Origin: Podarcis bocagei
Taxonomy: Eukaryota
Direction: 5' to 3' (one strand)
DNA: 64,000 nucleotides
Assembly: GCA_964188305.1 (NCBI GenBank)
Contig: OZ076888.1
Of the stretch, positions 63,686 through 64,000 are shown piece after piece. A model generated the notes under the pieces. That model worked only from the letters and a program-made list of their open reading frames with translations. It had not been told where the DNA came from and made no database searches. Numbering within the stretch: the stretch's first letter is position 1; each line of letters starts with the position of its first letter. A program made the translations under genes and the position numbers.

Positions 63686-63813
63686 ATAGAACCATAAAGT
63701 TGGAAGGGGCCATCTAGTCCAACCCCCTGCAATGCAGGAATCTTTTGCCCAACATGGGGCTCAAACCAACAACCCTGAGATTGATAGCCTCATGCTCTAC
63801 CAACTGAGCTATC
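63686..63813 (-). mobile_element. Short tRNA(Lys)-derived SINE with CR1-like tail
   Basis: The minus strand reads GATAGCTCAGTTGGTAGAGCATGAG...GGTTTGAGCCCCATGTTGGGC, then ggttggactagatg...ccaactttatggttctat. Confidence 0.75.
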
Positions 63814-64000
63814 CTCTAGCTCTATGAAGTCTATGAAGCCTGGAGACACTAGATTAGGTCCAGGCCATAAACCAGATGGGTCCAAATAAGAAGGTATTAC
63901 TGTCACCTGCAAAATGTAGCTATTGTTTCTTTAAAGGAAGTAAAAGCATTGGGTTCGTGTTTTCTTGAGTAGTCTTTTGTGCCATATTTGCCAAAATGAT

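Noticed and set aside
63740-63813. tRNA-Lys gene
   Set aside because: The anticodon arm is degenerate and it is fused to a CR1-like tail, so it is a SINE head.

Overview
Repeat-rich, gene-poor vertebrate DNA, almost certainly from a squamate and probably a lacertid lizard (Sauria SINE, BovB, squamate L2/CR1 tails). No host protein-coding exon could be confidently recognised, so the window is probably intronic or intergenic. Every long ORF is retrotransposon-derived: an L1 whose RT is deleted in frame (10.9-12.7 kb), three young L2 copies (31.5-41 kb), an RTE fragment and a BovB. Also present are solo LTRs, many Tc1/mariner, hAT and PIF/Harbinger MITEs (several nested), SINEs, microsatellites and a 138-N assembly gap. 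The most notable items are: a perfect 106-bp-arm Penelope-type palindrome with a hammerhead-like core inside a (TA)n tract (61.4-61.8 kb); the RT-less EN/zinc-knuckle L1; a triple-nested insertion whose innermost piece is a minimal hammerhead; a Tc1/mariner MITE with CpG-rich cargo; and LTRs that begin with an acidic reading frame. Family names come from motif recognition by eye, with no database search.
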